From IMG/VR virus record IMGVR_UViG_2871841451_000001, positions 2,813-66,812 of that record: a DNA stretch of 64,000 nt; one strand, given 5' to 3'. Positions within the stretch are counted from its first letter, which is position 1. Every line of letters starts with the position of its first letter. Under the pieces are notes generated by a model, which made no database searches, had not been told where the DNA came from, and worked only from the letters and a program-made list of their open reading frames with translations. Made by a program: the position numbers and the translations under genes. This document shows positions 18,328-27,313 of the stretch, piece by piece. The DNA is from a virus. Lineage: Duplodnaviria > Caudoviricetes.

Positions 18328-20009
18328 TGCTGCGCCCCCCGGCCTTGCTGCATAGCCTGCTGAATGCTGGTCAGTAAGTTAGGGTCTGCAGTTCCTGATT
18401 GGCTGAGAGTCTTCGCGATATCCGCGGCTCCGGCGCCCATCTGCAGGCTTTGTGCCGCCTGCTGTTGCTGCGCGCGCTGTTCGCGCTCTGCCTGAACCTG
18501 CTCGTCGGACTTGGTGATCGTCGTAGGAACGCCAAGCATGTCGCCGTATTCATCGATCGCCTGGTCAACATCAAGCTTGTCTGCGGCCTGCTGGAACCCT
18601 GCCTTAGCCATGTTTCCGATGAAACCGACAAAGCGCTCAATAGAGCCAATGCCAACAGACTTCTGCGCCTGCGCCATCACGCTGGTGTATTCCACGCGCA
18701 GCGGCTGCCCCTGCAATTCATCCGGAGGCGGTGGCAGCATGCCGCGGCGCATCATGATGTTGAAAATCCGGTCGATAGCCGGGTCCAGCAGTTCATCATT
18801 CAGCCGGTCGAGCACCGGGCCGATCTGAAGCATCTTCTCGTCGCGCATCTCGTTGACCGCTTCGATCGGCATGCTGCGGGTGTTGATGTTGCTGAACATG
18901 TTGAACAGCGGAACGAAGTAGCACTCATTAACGAGCTGGCGCCCGTCTTGAATGCTGCTGAGCAGTTCCTGAATGCGGGGGTTGATTTCGTAAACCGGTT
19001 TGAATCCAGCCGTATCGCCGGCGCCGTTGTAGTAGGAAACATCGCCAGGCAGCAACGACAGGCGTTCATTCTTCATCGAACTTGGCGCCATCATTGGCGG
19101 GTTAACCAACTTGTCGATCGCCTGGTCTTTGCGCTTCTGCTGAAGCTGCAACGCTTTAACGCCGCCCAATGCAAGGATGCCAGGGCATGATGAGCCGTAT
19201 GCATCCTCGCCGTTGATGTCCCAGCGCGGCACCAAGATAGGCATTTCATCGAAACCAGACTCGCTCAGCAGTTTGTCGCCGGAGCCGCCTGGTTCGTAAT
19301 AAATCGAACTGAAACGCTTGTTCTTCGCGTTCAGCTTTCCGGTGTCGCGGTTATTGTTCGGCAATACGGCATGCACGACTTCGAACCACGTTTCAAACGA
19401 GCCGGTATCCCATGCGGATGCCACGGCATCGCTCACGTTCTCCTTTCCAAACTTTGTCACCAACTGGCGGCAGGTCATGGAGAATTTGCGGAATACAGTG
19501 TCTACCTGCAGGCGATCGCTGTTCGAGATGTAGTAGCTCCCGATCGGCAGCACGTGCGTGCGGATCACATCCTCTTCATCTTCCAGGATGGAAATCGCAC
19601 CAGTGGCAAACGTGCCAAGGTAGCGATAGAGCACCGTCAGGGACTGATACCAGTTCGATTTGTTCATCACGTCGTTCATCAATTCGACGACCTGAGAAAG
19701 CCACATCTTGACTGGCCAGCTATCCATCAACTGCTTGTCTGGAGTGCTAAGAGAAAACCACGGGCGCGTCGGGCTGGTAATGCCGGACAACATGCCAGAT
19801 TCAAGAGTGCGCGAAGCAAGCCCGCCGGTTGGGTCAACAACCTTGGTGTTGCGCTTGTTGCGGCCAGCATCGGTTGTCAGGAATCGCCCGCAGTTTGGCA
19901 GGATGAAATCGCTCAGCTCTTTCCAATGCGAGTCATACGACGTCCGCGCGGTTACGAGCTGAGATAGCTGCTTTTCCAGAAACTGCTTGCGGGATTCCTG
20001 CTCAGCCAT
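18324..20009 (-). CDS. Portal protein (T7 gp8/Bbp21 type)
   Basis: SGITSPTRPWFSL and EKMLQIGPVLDRL; 561 aa. Confidence 0.92.
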   Translation of the reverse strand: MAEQESRKQFLEKQLSQLVTARTSYDSHWKELSDFILPNCGRFLTTDAGRNKRNTKVVDPTGGLASRTLESGMLSGITSPTRPWFSLSTPDKQLMDSWPVKMWLSQVVELMNDVMNKSNWYQSLTVLYRYLGTFATGAISILEDEEDVIRTHVLPIGSYYISNSDRLQVDTVFRKFSMTCRQLVTKFGKENVSDAVASAWDTGSFETWFEVVHAVLPNNNRDTGKLNAKNKRFSSIYYEPGGSGDKLLSESGFDEMPILVPRWDINGEDAYGSSCPGILALGGVKALQLQQKRKDQAIDKLVNPPMMAPSSMKNERLSLLPGDVSYYNGAGDTAGFKPVYEINPRIQELLSSIQDGRQLVNECYFVPLFNMFSNINTRSMPIEAVNEMRDEKMLQIGPVLDRLNDELLDPAIDRIFNIMMRRGMLPPPPDELQGQPLRVEYTSVMAQAQKSVGIGSIERFVGFIGNMAKAGFQQAADKLDVDQAIDEYGDMLGVPTTITKSDEQVQAEREQRAQQQQAAQSLQMGAGAADIAKTLSQSGTADPNLLTSIQQAMQQGRGAQQ

Positions 20010-20011
20010 GA

Positions 20012-20215
20012 TCAGCCACCCAACAGAGTTTTGCCGGTGGTGCTGGCTTGGCCTGTAGCGCCCTGCGCGCCAGTAAGGATTGTTGACTGCTGACCAGCAG
20101 CCGCACGGCGTCGAGCCTTATCCTTATCGGCGGCATCAATCACTGCAGCATCCTGCGCTTGCGGCGCTGCCTGTGGCTGCGGTGGCGTTGAAACCTTCGG
20201 CGTACTCATGCACAT
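20012..20215 (-). CDS. Small conserved protein preceding portal
   Basis: MCMSTPK...STILTG...KTLLGG. Confidence 0.7.
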   Translation of the reverse strand: MCMSTPKVSTPPQPQAAPQAQDAAVIDAADKDKARRRAAAGQQSTILTGAQGATGQASTTGKTLLGG

Positions 20216-20276
20216 GCGCGTAACCCTCCCAAATAATTACCAATTAAACCACATGAGAATTATTTTGACTAATTTG

Positions 20277-20314
20277 TTGACGTTATAATCAAAACAAATT
20301 ACCTTTATGGTAAT
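20277..20314 (+). promoter_or_regulatory. Promoter overlapped by ATTACC-N5-GGTAAT operator
   Basis: TTGACG-17-TACCTT; operator ATTACCTTTATGGTAAT at 20298-20314 covers the -10. Confidence 0.65.
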
Positions 20315-20458
20315 CATTGAGAGCATAAGCCGAGCCAGCTTCTATCACTCTACACAGTATAAAACTGGTATCGGTGCTCTCGATGGTTCAACAGGTAAGA
20401 GCATTGGCTTGGTAATCCAGGATAGTTCCGGCTGGTCAATGGGGTTAGTGCTCTTTCC

Positions 20459-20610
20459 GTTGTGGTGAATGCGCAGGCTGATGCGCGACCGATGTATAAA
20501 CAGCGCTCATGGCAAGCCGTAACCAATCGGCGCCTCAAGACAGAGTTAGTGGTAGTGAGGGCGCTCTAACCACTATGCCGGAAAGACAGCAGCACCGGCC
20601 ACCACAACCA
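20459..20610 (+). ncRNA. Putative tRNA-like multi-branched RNA
   Basis: GTTGTGGTG/CACCACAAC closing stem, four internal arms, 3' end reads ACCA. Confidence 0.5.
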
Positions 20611-20653
20611 AAGCCGCGACCGTTATCACCCTGGAATGCTGTGTGTAGGATTT

Positions 20654-20679
20654 AGCCCGCCTTGCGCGGGCATTTTTTT
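20654..20679 (+). terminator. Intrinsic terminator
   Basis: GCCCGCcttgcGCGGGC followed by ATTTTTTT. Confidence 0.75.
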
Positions 20680-20694
20680 AACGAGGAATACTCC

Positions 20695-21057
20695 ATGAAC
20701 GAACAAGCAAACAAGATATTGGTTGAGCTTCTCCAAAAGGCAAGTGGAGGAATTGACGCAGCAGTATCATTTAGTCAGCAACAGATCCCCGACGTGATTA
20801 ATCAGTTACTTGTTTGGAACGCAGTAAGCAGCGCTCTTGGGCAGATTATTGGAATTATTACAATTTTAGCCCCATTAATATTTTCAGTTAAGAAGTGGAA
20901 TTTCATCTACCGGAATGATTTAGAAGCTTTCATGGTTCTTCATGTTGTAACCATACCTTTAGGAGCGCTTGTCATTGCATGTAATTTCGATTGGTTGAAA
21001 ATCTGGCTAGCCCCAAAACTTTACCTCATTGAATACGCCGCCAGCTTGGTAAAATAA
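20695..21057 (+). CDS. Membrane moron protein
   Basis: GAGG RBS, two hydrophobic segments, low GC, antisense to the late genes. Confidence 0.7.
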   Translation: MNEQANKILVELLQKASGGIDAAVSFSQQQIPDVINQLLVWNAVSSALGQIIGIITILAPLIFSVKKWNFIYRNDLEAFMVLHVVTIPLGALVIACNFDWLKIWLAPKLYLIEYAASLVK

Positions 21058-21118
21058 CAACAGCCCGCATCCGCGGGCTTTGTGTATACTGCTTGAATGG
21101 GATAAATGGGGACCGAAT

Positions 21119-21391
21119 ATGCAAGAGCAACACTTCTCACACGAAAACGAGTTGTTAGCAATGGCGCCGCTTAACGCTGATGGTGATAACCAGCTTTTCA
21201 AAAAGCAACGTGTTCATCTTACTGGTGAGGGATACGTGCAGTGGGATTTCATCCTTCCTGATGGCATTGACTGGCACTTCCGACAGGAAAGCATCTACCT
21301 CAGAAGCGATCTTCAATTGAAGGAATTTAAAGAATTTATCCGCGATGAGCTGAGGCAAATCATTGCACGTAGAATCGAACAGGCCCGCTAA
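21119..21391 (+). CDS. Hypothetical moron protein
   Basis: Intact ORF ending at terminator hairpin 21383-21404. Confidence 0.55.
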   Translation: MQEQHFSHENELLAMAPLNADGDNQLFKKQRVHLTGEGYVQWDFILPDGIDWHFRQESIYLRSDLQLKEFKEFIRDELRQIIARRIEQAR

Positions 21392-21452
21392 TGCGGGCTT
21401 TTTTATAGCAACTACTGCAAATTCTTCAGTAGTTCGATGTTCTGCCAACTCG

Positions 21453-22925
21453 TCACGCATACGGATCATATTCTGTAATAGCCCCGCCTCGCTTCTCGCC
21501 TGGTAGTGCATGCTGGCGCTTAGTCACCGGATAGGCGAACGTCAGCACGAAGGAATCACCGCAACCAGGAGAGCGACCAATCCGCTCCTTAACCTTTTCT
21601 TTTGGCTCCAATACTATCTTTCCATCTAGCCGCACCGTGTACTCTACAGCAGACAAATCCTCAGCGGTTTCACGCTCATCTAACGCGCCCCCAAGCTTTA
21701 GCCATGTCTTTGCACTGTTGTGCATCTCGCCGCGCTTGTTCAGCATCTGCGGATCACTGGACGCTCCACCGAACGCAACCAGCGTCCACGCGCGCCCCCA
21801 GCTTGTGCCGATGGAATGAATGCCCGTACCGTAGCCAAAGTCAATATTCACGGCGTCGGCCTGGTACTGGTCTTCAAAGTCGGCGATGCGCTTCGCCATG
21901 ATCAAGTCGTCGGTGGTCTTGCTACCGCGCCACAGAAGTTTGGCATGCAGCCCGCGCCGCATGTAGATCACAGCGTCATCGGCGCCGGAGTACGCAGGGT
22001 CAACACCAATGATTGTCGGTGCGCTCGCCACGTCTCGCTCTGTCACTACGCGCGCCAGCGCAGCATCGGTTAGGCCGGTAGGGATAAACTGCGTCTCTGA
22101 TGCGTCAGGGAATATCCCGCGAACACGCACTTTGAAGAAGTCGCTATCCTCGCCGTTGTCCTCCTCCCACTTGGCGATCTGCTCTTTGTTGGTGCCTTCA
22201 ACTGTGCGGCTGTCGATCTGCTTACCCTTCCAGCGGTGCCGGAACTTGCGGAAGCACTCGCGGAACCGGCCCATGTTTCGCGTTGGGTTACCGAACGCCA
22301 CCCAGATAATCTCGGTCCCCTCATCCGTCAGCGCACCCTCGGCGACTTCCCACACCAGATCGGCAATGTTGGATGCCTCATCAAAAATCAGGATGATGCG
22401 CTTGCCCTTGTTGTGCAGCCCGGCGAATGCCTCGGTGTTGTTTTCTGACCACGGCACGGCATCAGCGCGCCAAGATTTGGCGTGTGCTGGGTCATTGGCA
22501 TAGATGGCCGTGGCCGTGCAGTTAAACCAGTCGTTGGTGATGGATAGACGCTGCCACTTGGCGATCTCCGGCCAGGTCTTGGTACGCAACTGGTTCTCGG
22601 TGTTAGCCGTCACCACAACCTTGCAGTCTTCGCAGGTATCCATGCCCCACTTCACCAGCATAGAGATCCAGGCAGATTTACCGATGCCGTGGCCGGATGC
22701 GCGGGATATTAGCAACGGCTGGTGCCGAGTCTCCGGGTTTTGAAGATGGTCACCAATTTCATCGAACGCTTCCCCCTGCCACTGGCGCGGACCGGCGGAG
22801 TCGTGCAGCTCTGTTCCCTCTTCGCCCCACGGGAATGCATAGAGCGCATAGCCGTGCGGGTCATGCGTGAAGCTGGCGATATCCTCAACCAGTTGCTGCT
22901 CGAGCTGTTCTTCGTCGTCACTCAC
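21453..22925 (-). CDS. Terminase large subunit (epsilon15/APSE type)
   Basis: Walker A SGHGIGKS, Walker B LIFDEAS, GNPTR, nuclease IGVDPA. Confidence 0.93.
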   Translation of the reverse strand: MSDDEEQLEQQLVEDIASFTHDPHGYALYAFPWGEEGTELHDSAGPRQWQGEAFDEIGDHLQNPETRHQPLLISRASGHGIGKSAWISMLVKWGMDTCEDCKVVVTANTENQLRTKTWPEIAKWQRLSITNDWFNCTATAIYANDPAHAKSWRADAVPWSENNTEAFAGLHNKGKRIILIFDEASNIADLVWEVAEGALTDEGTEIIWVAFGNPTRNMGRFRECFRKFRHRWKGKQIDSRTVEGTNKEQIAKWEEDNGEDSDFFKVRVRGIFPDASETQFIPTGLTDAALARVVTERDVASAPTIIGVDPAYSGADDAVIYMRRGLHAKLLWRGSKTTDDLIMAKRIADFEDQYQADAVNIDFGYGTGIHSIGTSWGRAWTLVAFGGASSDPQMLNKRGEMHNSAKTWLKLGGALDERETAEDLSAVEYTVRLDGKIVLEPKEKVKERIGRSPGCGDSFVLTFAYPVTKRQHALPGEKRGGAITEYDPYA

Positions 22926-23473
22926 TTGGTGTTTTTCTCCAATGCGCGCCGGCGGGCATTAGCCATACGGTCGGCCAGTGTCACGTTAACGTTGACATCT
23001 ACCCGGTCTTTGAACGCCTGCACATCGACATGCTTGCCGATCATCTCGAGGTTCTTCACTTTGTCAGGCCACTTGATTGACTTGAGCACGCCGATCATCT
23101 GCTTGTCATCGCCCTGGCCTTCGAACATTTCCGCCACCTTCACGCCGGATAGGAATTGTCTCCACGCCTTTGGCCACGCGCTTAGTGGCTTCAGCGTCAG
23201 ATCATCGTTCATGATATCGGCAAGGTCCAGCTCATCGATTTCCACCAGCCGCTTGAGAACGTAGTCAGCTCCTATCTTGGTGCGTTTATTGCGATGCTTC
23301 ATCAGTTCCGCGATGCGCTCCTGCACCTTCGGACTATCCATATTTCGTGACGCCGACACGGCCGCATTCTTATAGCCGGCGGCGGCGGCGGCCGCAGTCT
23401 GGTTGTCTGGGTTCTTGATGTATTCTTGGCAGAAGCGTTCCATCTTCGCGTTAAGTTTACCGTCTTTAGCCAT
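22922..23473 (-). CDS. Terminase small subunit
   Basis: KMERFCQEYI...AAAAAGY HTH and KIGADYVLKRLVEI; start reassigned to ATG 23473 after GGAGG. Confidence 0.88.
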   Translation of the reverse strand: MAKDGKLNAKMERFCQEYIKNPDNQTAAAAAAGYKNAAVSASRNMDSPKVQERIAELMKHRNKRTKIGADYVLKRLVEIDELDLADIMNDDLTLKPLSAWPKAWRQFLSGVKVAEMFEGQGDDKQMIGVLKSIKWPDKVKNLEMIGKHVDVQAFKDRVDVNVNVTLADRMANARRRALEKNTK

Positions 23474-23477
23474 AATA

Positions 23478-23494
23478 ATTACCTCCTTGGTAAT
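23478..23494. promoter_or_regulatory. ATTACC-N5-GGTAAT operator over the terS RBS
   Basis: ATTACCTCCTTGGTAAT. Confidence 0.7.
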
Positions 23495-23581
23495 ATCATA
23501 ACACGCAGTGAAAAACCGCCAAGCGGCGGACGTTGTGCTGTGTGGCCTGTCGTGACTCGTCACGCTTTATCATGTGACACG

Positions 23582-23965
23582 TCACAACGTCTTTAGCATC
23601 AGGTCACGCCAAATCTGCGTTTGACCGCATGCTGCTTCCCCATTGCGGAAACAACCACCGGATGGCCCCGGCATCGATTCGCCGCACTGGCATTTATGGC
23701 TGGCCAGTTCCGCAAGCTGGCGCTTCAGTTGATTGATGTCCTGCACCGCCAGCAATTCGAAGTATTCATCAACGCTGTACGGATCTTTGCCTGGACGCCG
23801 CGCCACGCAGTTAGCCTGGATCTGCTCGAAGATGTGATCGCTAACCTCGAACGTAATCCGGCGCCGGCCGCTTACAGCGGCGCTGCTCGCCGCTTCTCTT
23901 TCTCGCTGGCGCTGAGCGCGCTTCCGGTCGCGGGCGTCGGCCCGGCGCTGGTCTTCACTTTTCAT
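23582..23965 (-). CDS. Basic, Cys-rich putative DNA-binding protein upstream of terS
   Basis: RDRKRAQRQRE, NCVARRPGKDPY and several C-terminal cysteines. Confidence 0.7.
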   Translation of the reverse strand: MKSEDQRRADARDRKRAQRQREREAASSAAVSGRRRITFEVSDHIFEQIQANCVARRPGKDPYSVDEYFELLAVQDINQLKRQLAELASHKCQCGESMPGPSGGCFRNGEAACGQTQIWRDLMLKTL

Positions 23966-24707
23966 TGCTGCCCTCCGGTGCTGCTGGTAATGGCATCCAG
24001 TGTGTAATCTCGCTGCTTTGGAATTGTGCTTGAACATCGCTTTTGATAAACCACACCGGCCCCTGACGTTTGCTTTCGCTCCACCATCCCCAATAATTTC
24101 CATCGGTATCCGGCAGTCTTTCGCTGCATGGCACCCATCCATCCGGAATTTCCGGAGAGTTGCCATTCCCCAGCATTGCAGCGCGGCAGGCGCCACCCTT
24201 GCGTTCGTATTTCACCCCGACCAAGGCCAGTGCAGCCATTACTTCTTCCAACCGCACCACAACCCCTTCATCGCTGTAGAACTCGGTCGGAAGCTTCACC
24301 ACTGCTGGCGCTGGCTGGGCTGCGCTGTTCATCGCCGCGGCGAGACAAGCGCCGATCTCATCAATCGCAAACTCGGCGGCGTTGTAAAACGTCGCTCCGG
24401 GTATGCGCAGGCATTTACTGTAAACTCTGTCGGCAATAGCCTGTTTGTCTATGCCCTGCAGTGCTGGTGCTGGCGCTGGCGGGGCGGTGAACAGTGGGAT
24501 CACCGCATCACCCATCGGCTCAGACCAAGTAACCAGGCTCTTTTCGCCTTCCTTTGCGTATGCCAAGGTTTCTTCGCTGGCGTACAGCACCGGCACCGCC
24601 TCCCGGTAAGCCAGGAGTTCGCGAGCCATTGCGGCCGCATCGCCGCACTGAGTGTGGTCAGTTTCTACGATTTGACGTAGCTCGTCAGTCGTTAGTGTCT
24701 GTGTCAT
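23955..24707 (-). CDS. EaA/DUF551-domain protein
   Basis: WVPCSERLP...ITHWMPLPAAP. Confidence 0.8.
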   Translation of the reverse strand: MTQTLTTDELRQIVETDHTQCGDAAAMARELLAYREAVPVLYASEETLAYAKEGEKSLVTWSEPMGDAVIPLFTAPPAPAPALQGIDKQAIADRVYSKCLRIPGATFYNAAEFAIDEIGACLAAAMNSAAQPAPAVVKLPTEFYSDEGVVVRLEEVMAALALVGVKYERKGGACRAAMLGNGNSPEIPDGWVPCSERLPDTDGNYWGWWSESKRQGPVWFIKSDVQAQFQSSEITHWMPLPAAPEGSNEK

Positions 24708-24889
24708 GGCTTCACCTCCACGCATTTAATGTTATTGATTCGCGGAATGTTCTCGCTCCACGTGCTTTGCTCTCTGGCGATATCAATTGACTTTATCGCA
24801 GCTTGGCACTGTTCCATGCTTTGCATCGGCTGCACCTGCATGTTCATGCTTTGACTGCTGACGACGATTATCAGGAAAATGTAGGTCAT
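24704..24889 (-). CDS. Small hypothetical protein
   Basis: Translationally coupled within the operon. Confidence 0.55.
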   Translation of the reverse strand: MTYIFLIIVVSSQSMNMQVQPMQSMEQCQAAIKSIDIAREQSTWSENIPRINNIKCVEVKP

Positions 24890-25303
24890 CTACTCATCCC
24901 CCTTGACCTTGAAGCCATCGGCGCGTAGTTCCTTGGCGCAAGCATCAATGGCGTTATTCCAGCAATCTTCACCATCATCCCTGTCCCAGCCGGTGTTTTT
25001 CTGCGCCAACCGCACCGGCGTAGCCAGCCGCTTTTCCAGTTCGGCGATGCGCCGGTCTTTCTTTTCCAGCTCTGCCAGCAGGGCGCGGATGTTTACTGGC
25101 GACACAGCCTCCAGGTAGTCGCACAACCACGACGTATGACGGCTATCATCAGCAGCGCGAACAACCACATCATTGGCGTTGATAACGGCGTGATAATTTT
25201 TTCCGTTTTCTCCGCCGACCAGTGCGCTGTCCCATTCACCGTCGAATTCAGTTGTTTCCAGAAACTCCAAGGCATCTTTCAGTTCGCTCAGCTTATTGTC
25301 CAT
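24890..25303 (-). CDS. Ead/Ea22-like protein
   Basis: SPVNIRALLAELEKKDRRIAELEK and WNNAIDAC. Confidence 0.7.
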   Translation of the reverse strand: MDNKLSELKDALEFLETTEFDGEWDSALVGGENGKNYHAVINANDVVVRAADDSRHTSWLCDYLEAVSPVNIRALLAELEKKDRRIAELEKRLATPVRLAQKNTGWDRDDGEDCWNNAIDACAKELRADGFKVKGDE

Positions 25304-25445
25304 CATCACAGCCTCATCAAATTGCAAAAATTCATCATTGGTCTATGTTTAAACGGTGTGGCAAATCGCCTGCACACAGTAAGGCATCACTTCTTGATAT
25401 GGCCGGGCATTGCCCCGGCATTTTTTTTGCTTTTACGCTTAGCCG

Positions 25446-25919
25446 TTAATACTCACCCCAGCTATAAGTTGAAGCGATCGGCCCCGGCTCACCTGATGCT
25501 ATAAAATTGCAATCTGGCGTATTAAGAATCTTGCTCCACCGCGTGACCCCACCATCAGTGGACCCCTCGACAAATCCGGAATCCGCTAGCCCGCGCAGGC
25601 ACATCCGCACCGTCTCTGCGGTTAGATTGATGCGGTCAAGTTGGAAAAGCTTGCGGTAGATGAACGCCTGCATAGCCTGTTCTTTTGTCAGGTGGTAGCC
25701 GGAACGAGCGGCGTTTTTCAGGCAACGCTTAACCTGCTTATTGCTCGGTCTGGAGTGATACTTGCGCATGTTTTCAAGTGACATGAGTGGCATGTCGTGA
25801 ACGTGCCAGAAGGTCTTTTCGGTTTCGCGCAGAATCACTCTCTCCCACAGCATGACTATCGGTCTTCCTTCGCTGTCGTTGCCGTCCACATAGCGATAGC
25901 AATATTTTTTGTCGCTCAT
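25446..25919 (-). CDS. Hypothetical phage protein
   Basis: Intact ORF with AGGAG RBS. Confidence 0.65.
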   Translation of the reverse strand: MSDKKYCYRYVDGNDSEGRPIVMLWERVILRETEKTFWHVHDMPLMSLENMRKYHSRPSNKQVKRCLKNAARSGYHLTKEQAMQAFIYRKLFQLDRINLTAETVRMCLRGLADSGFVEGSTDGGVTRWSKILNTPDCNFIASGEPGPIASTYSWGEY

Positions 25920-25936
25920 AATGCTTTCTCCTGGGC

Positions 25937-26164
25937 CTATGGACAGCAACGGTCACTGCCGTAGCAGTAGAACCCGCCGTCTTTTTGGTTCGACTCTCCA
26001 TGCTTTCCACACCCTGGACAGGTTGCGGTTTCTGGCTCCACACATTGATGATCTTCGGGCTCATCTGCCTTGTAATATCCATCGCAGATAGCGCAGCGGA
26101 CATGAGGCACCTCATCATGATTTGTGGTGCCGGTGATGAAGCCAGGCTTCAGTTCATTCGCCAT
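25937..26164 (-). CDS. Small Cys-rich (zinc-finger-like) protein
   Basis: CAIC and CPGC motifs. Confidence 0.55.
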   Translation of the reverse strand: MANELKPGFITGTTNHDEVPHVRCAICDGYYKADEPEDHQCVEPETATCPGCGKHGESNQKDGGFYCYGSDRCCP

Positions 26165-26663
26165 TGCCAGACCCCTTCACGAAGATAATCCAGTGCGTTT
26201 TGTCACCCTTACCTGTGCGTTGCCAGATAGCCGGCTTCTCGTCTGTTAGAGCGATGACTTGGCTAACAGGTATCTGGGTTTCGTTCCATTTGAAGATCAG
26301 AACGCCGTGTGGCCGCAACACGCGAAAAGCTTCAGTGAACCCGTCGCGCAGTTCATCGCGCCATGTTTCGCGGTCGAGCTTCCCGTACTTTTTTCCCTGC
26401 CATCCGTTGAGGCCGACGCGTTCCAGGTGCGGCGGATCGAACACGACAACCGGGAAGGTGCAATCGGCGAAAGGCAGCGCGGTGAAGTCGGCGATCAGGT
26501 CAGGGGAGATCACCAGTTTCCGACCATCGCACAGGGTGTGGCTCTCGCTGCGCTTATCGCTGAATACGGCGCGCTCGTCTTTCTTGTCGAACCAGAACAT
26601 GCGGGAACCGCAGCACATATCCAGAATGCTTTTGCCTTCGAGGCTCAGTTCATTTGCTGGCAT
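26154..26663 (-). CDS. Phage SAM-dependent (probably DNA amino-) methyltransferase
   Basis: Motif I ILDMCCGS and motif IV DPPH. Confidence 0.8.
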   Translation of the reverse strand: MPANELSLEGKSILDMCCGSRMFWFDKKDERAVFSDKRSESHTLCDGRKLVISPDLIADFTALPFADCTFPVVVFDPPHLERVGLNGWQGKKYGKLDRETWRDELRDGFTEAFRVLRPHGVLIFKWNETQIPVSQVIALTDEKPAIWQRTGKGDKTHWIIFVKGSGNGE

Positions 26664-27313
26664 CACGCACCTCCCACACGACGAAACTCGATAACCCACA
26701 CCCAGGGGTTGGCGTTCCAGCTATCAACGCCGTAGATTGATGACCACAGCCGCGCAAATACGTCAGCTACACAGTCGCCACTCTTCATGTCGGAGATGCT
26801 GCAGCCTTCGCTAATCGCGTCGCCATCGCTGATATCGTTCAGCCGTTCAACACGCACGGCGGTGATTTCCAGCGTGATTCTGCTGGCCCAGCGCGGCATG
26901 TGGATTGATGGGCGCCATGCGCCTTCGTATTGGGTGTCTCGATCAGGTATCGACCACAGTCCGTAGTTCCCCGGCTCTTGCCAGCACGACGCTTTATAAA
27001 TCCGCGCCGCATGCTTCTCATCGCCCTTAATCAGGTTTCCGTCCCAATCGATAGGACAGCCGTCGTCGTTGCCGAGAATGGAGAATGTTTCGCGCACCCA
27101 CATCCGATCGCCTACCCGGCCTAATGGGCATAAACCATGCCCCAGCGCATCCATGACATGCGTGTAAATCCCGTCTTTGGTTTTGGTCGGCTTCTGCAGT
27201 GGAATGCAGTTATCGGGGCTGACATTGGCAATAACACGCCGCGTCTGGGTCTTACGGCCGTCGAGAATTGCGCGAACCATCTCGCCGTTGAAAATCACTG
27301 GGCACTCTTTCAT
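26663..27313 (-). CDS. ASCH/PUA-like phage protein
   Basis: MVRAILDGRKTQTRR and WRPSIHMPRWASRI. Confidence 0.75.
   Translation of the reverse strand: MKECPVIFNGEMVRAILDGRKTQTRRVIANVSPDNCIPLQKPTKTKDGIYTHVMDALGHGLCPLGRVGDRMWVRETFSILGNDDGCPIDWDGNLIKGDEKHAARIYKASCWQEPGNYGLWSIPDRDTQYEGAWRPSIHMPRWASRITLEITAVRVERLNDISDGDAISEGCSISDMKSGDCVADVFARLWSSIYGVDSWNANPWVWVIEFRRVGGA

Larger units (their letters stand above)
1..23965 (-). mobile_element. epsilon15/BPP-1-like podoviral morphogenesis module
   Basis: terS-terL-portal-scaffold-capsid-cement-staple-adaptor-nozzle-ejection proteins-tailspike, with no stops seen in the ORF track. Confidence 0.9.

Noticed and set aside
20459-20610. Canonical tRNA gene
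   Set aside because: 150 nt long with no GTTCRA T-loop or standard anticodon arm; kept only as a tRNA-like candidate.
4783-23264. Many long plus-strand ORFs over the podoviral genes, and minus-strand ORFs over the siphoviral genes
   Set aside because: Antisense shadows of well-supported genes, with no recognisable motifs.
1-23563. Diversity-generating retroelement, given the BPP-1-like structural genes
   Set aside because: No reverse transcriptase and no TR/VR repeat pair seen in the window.
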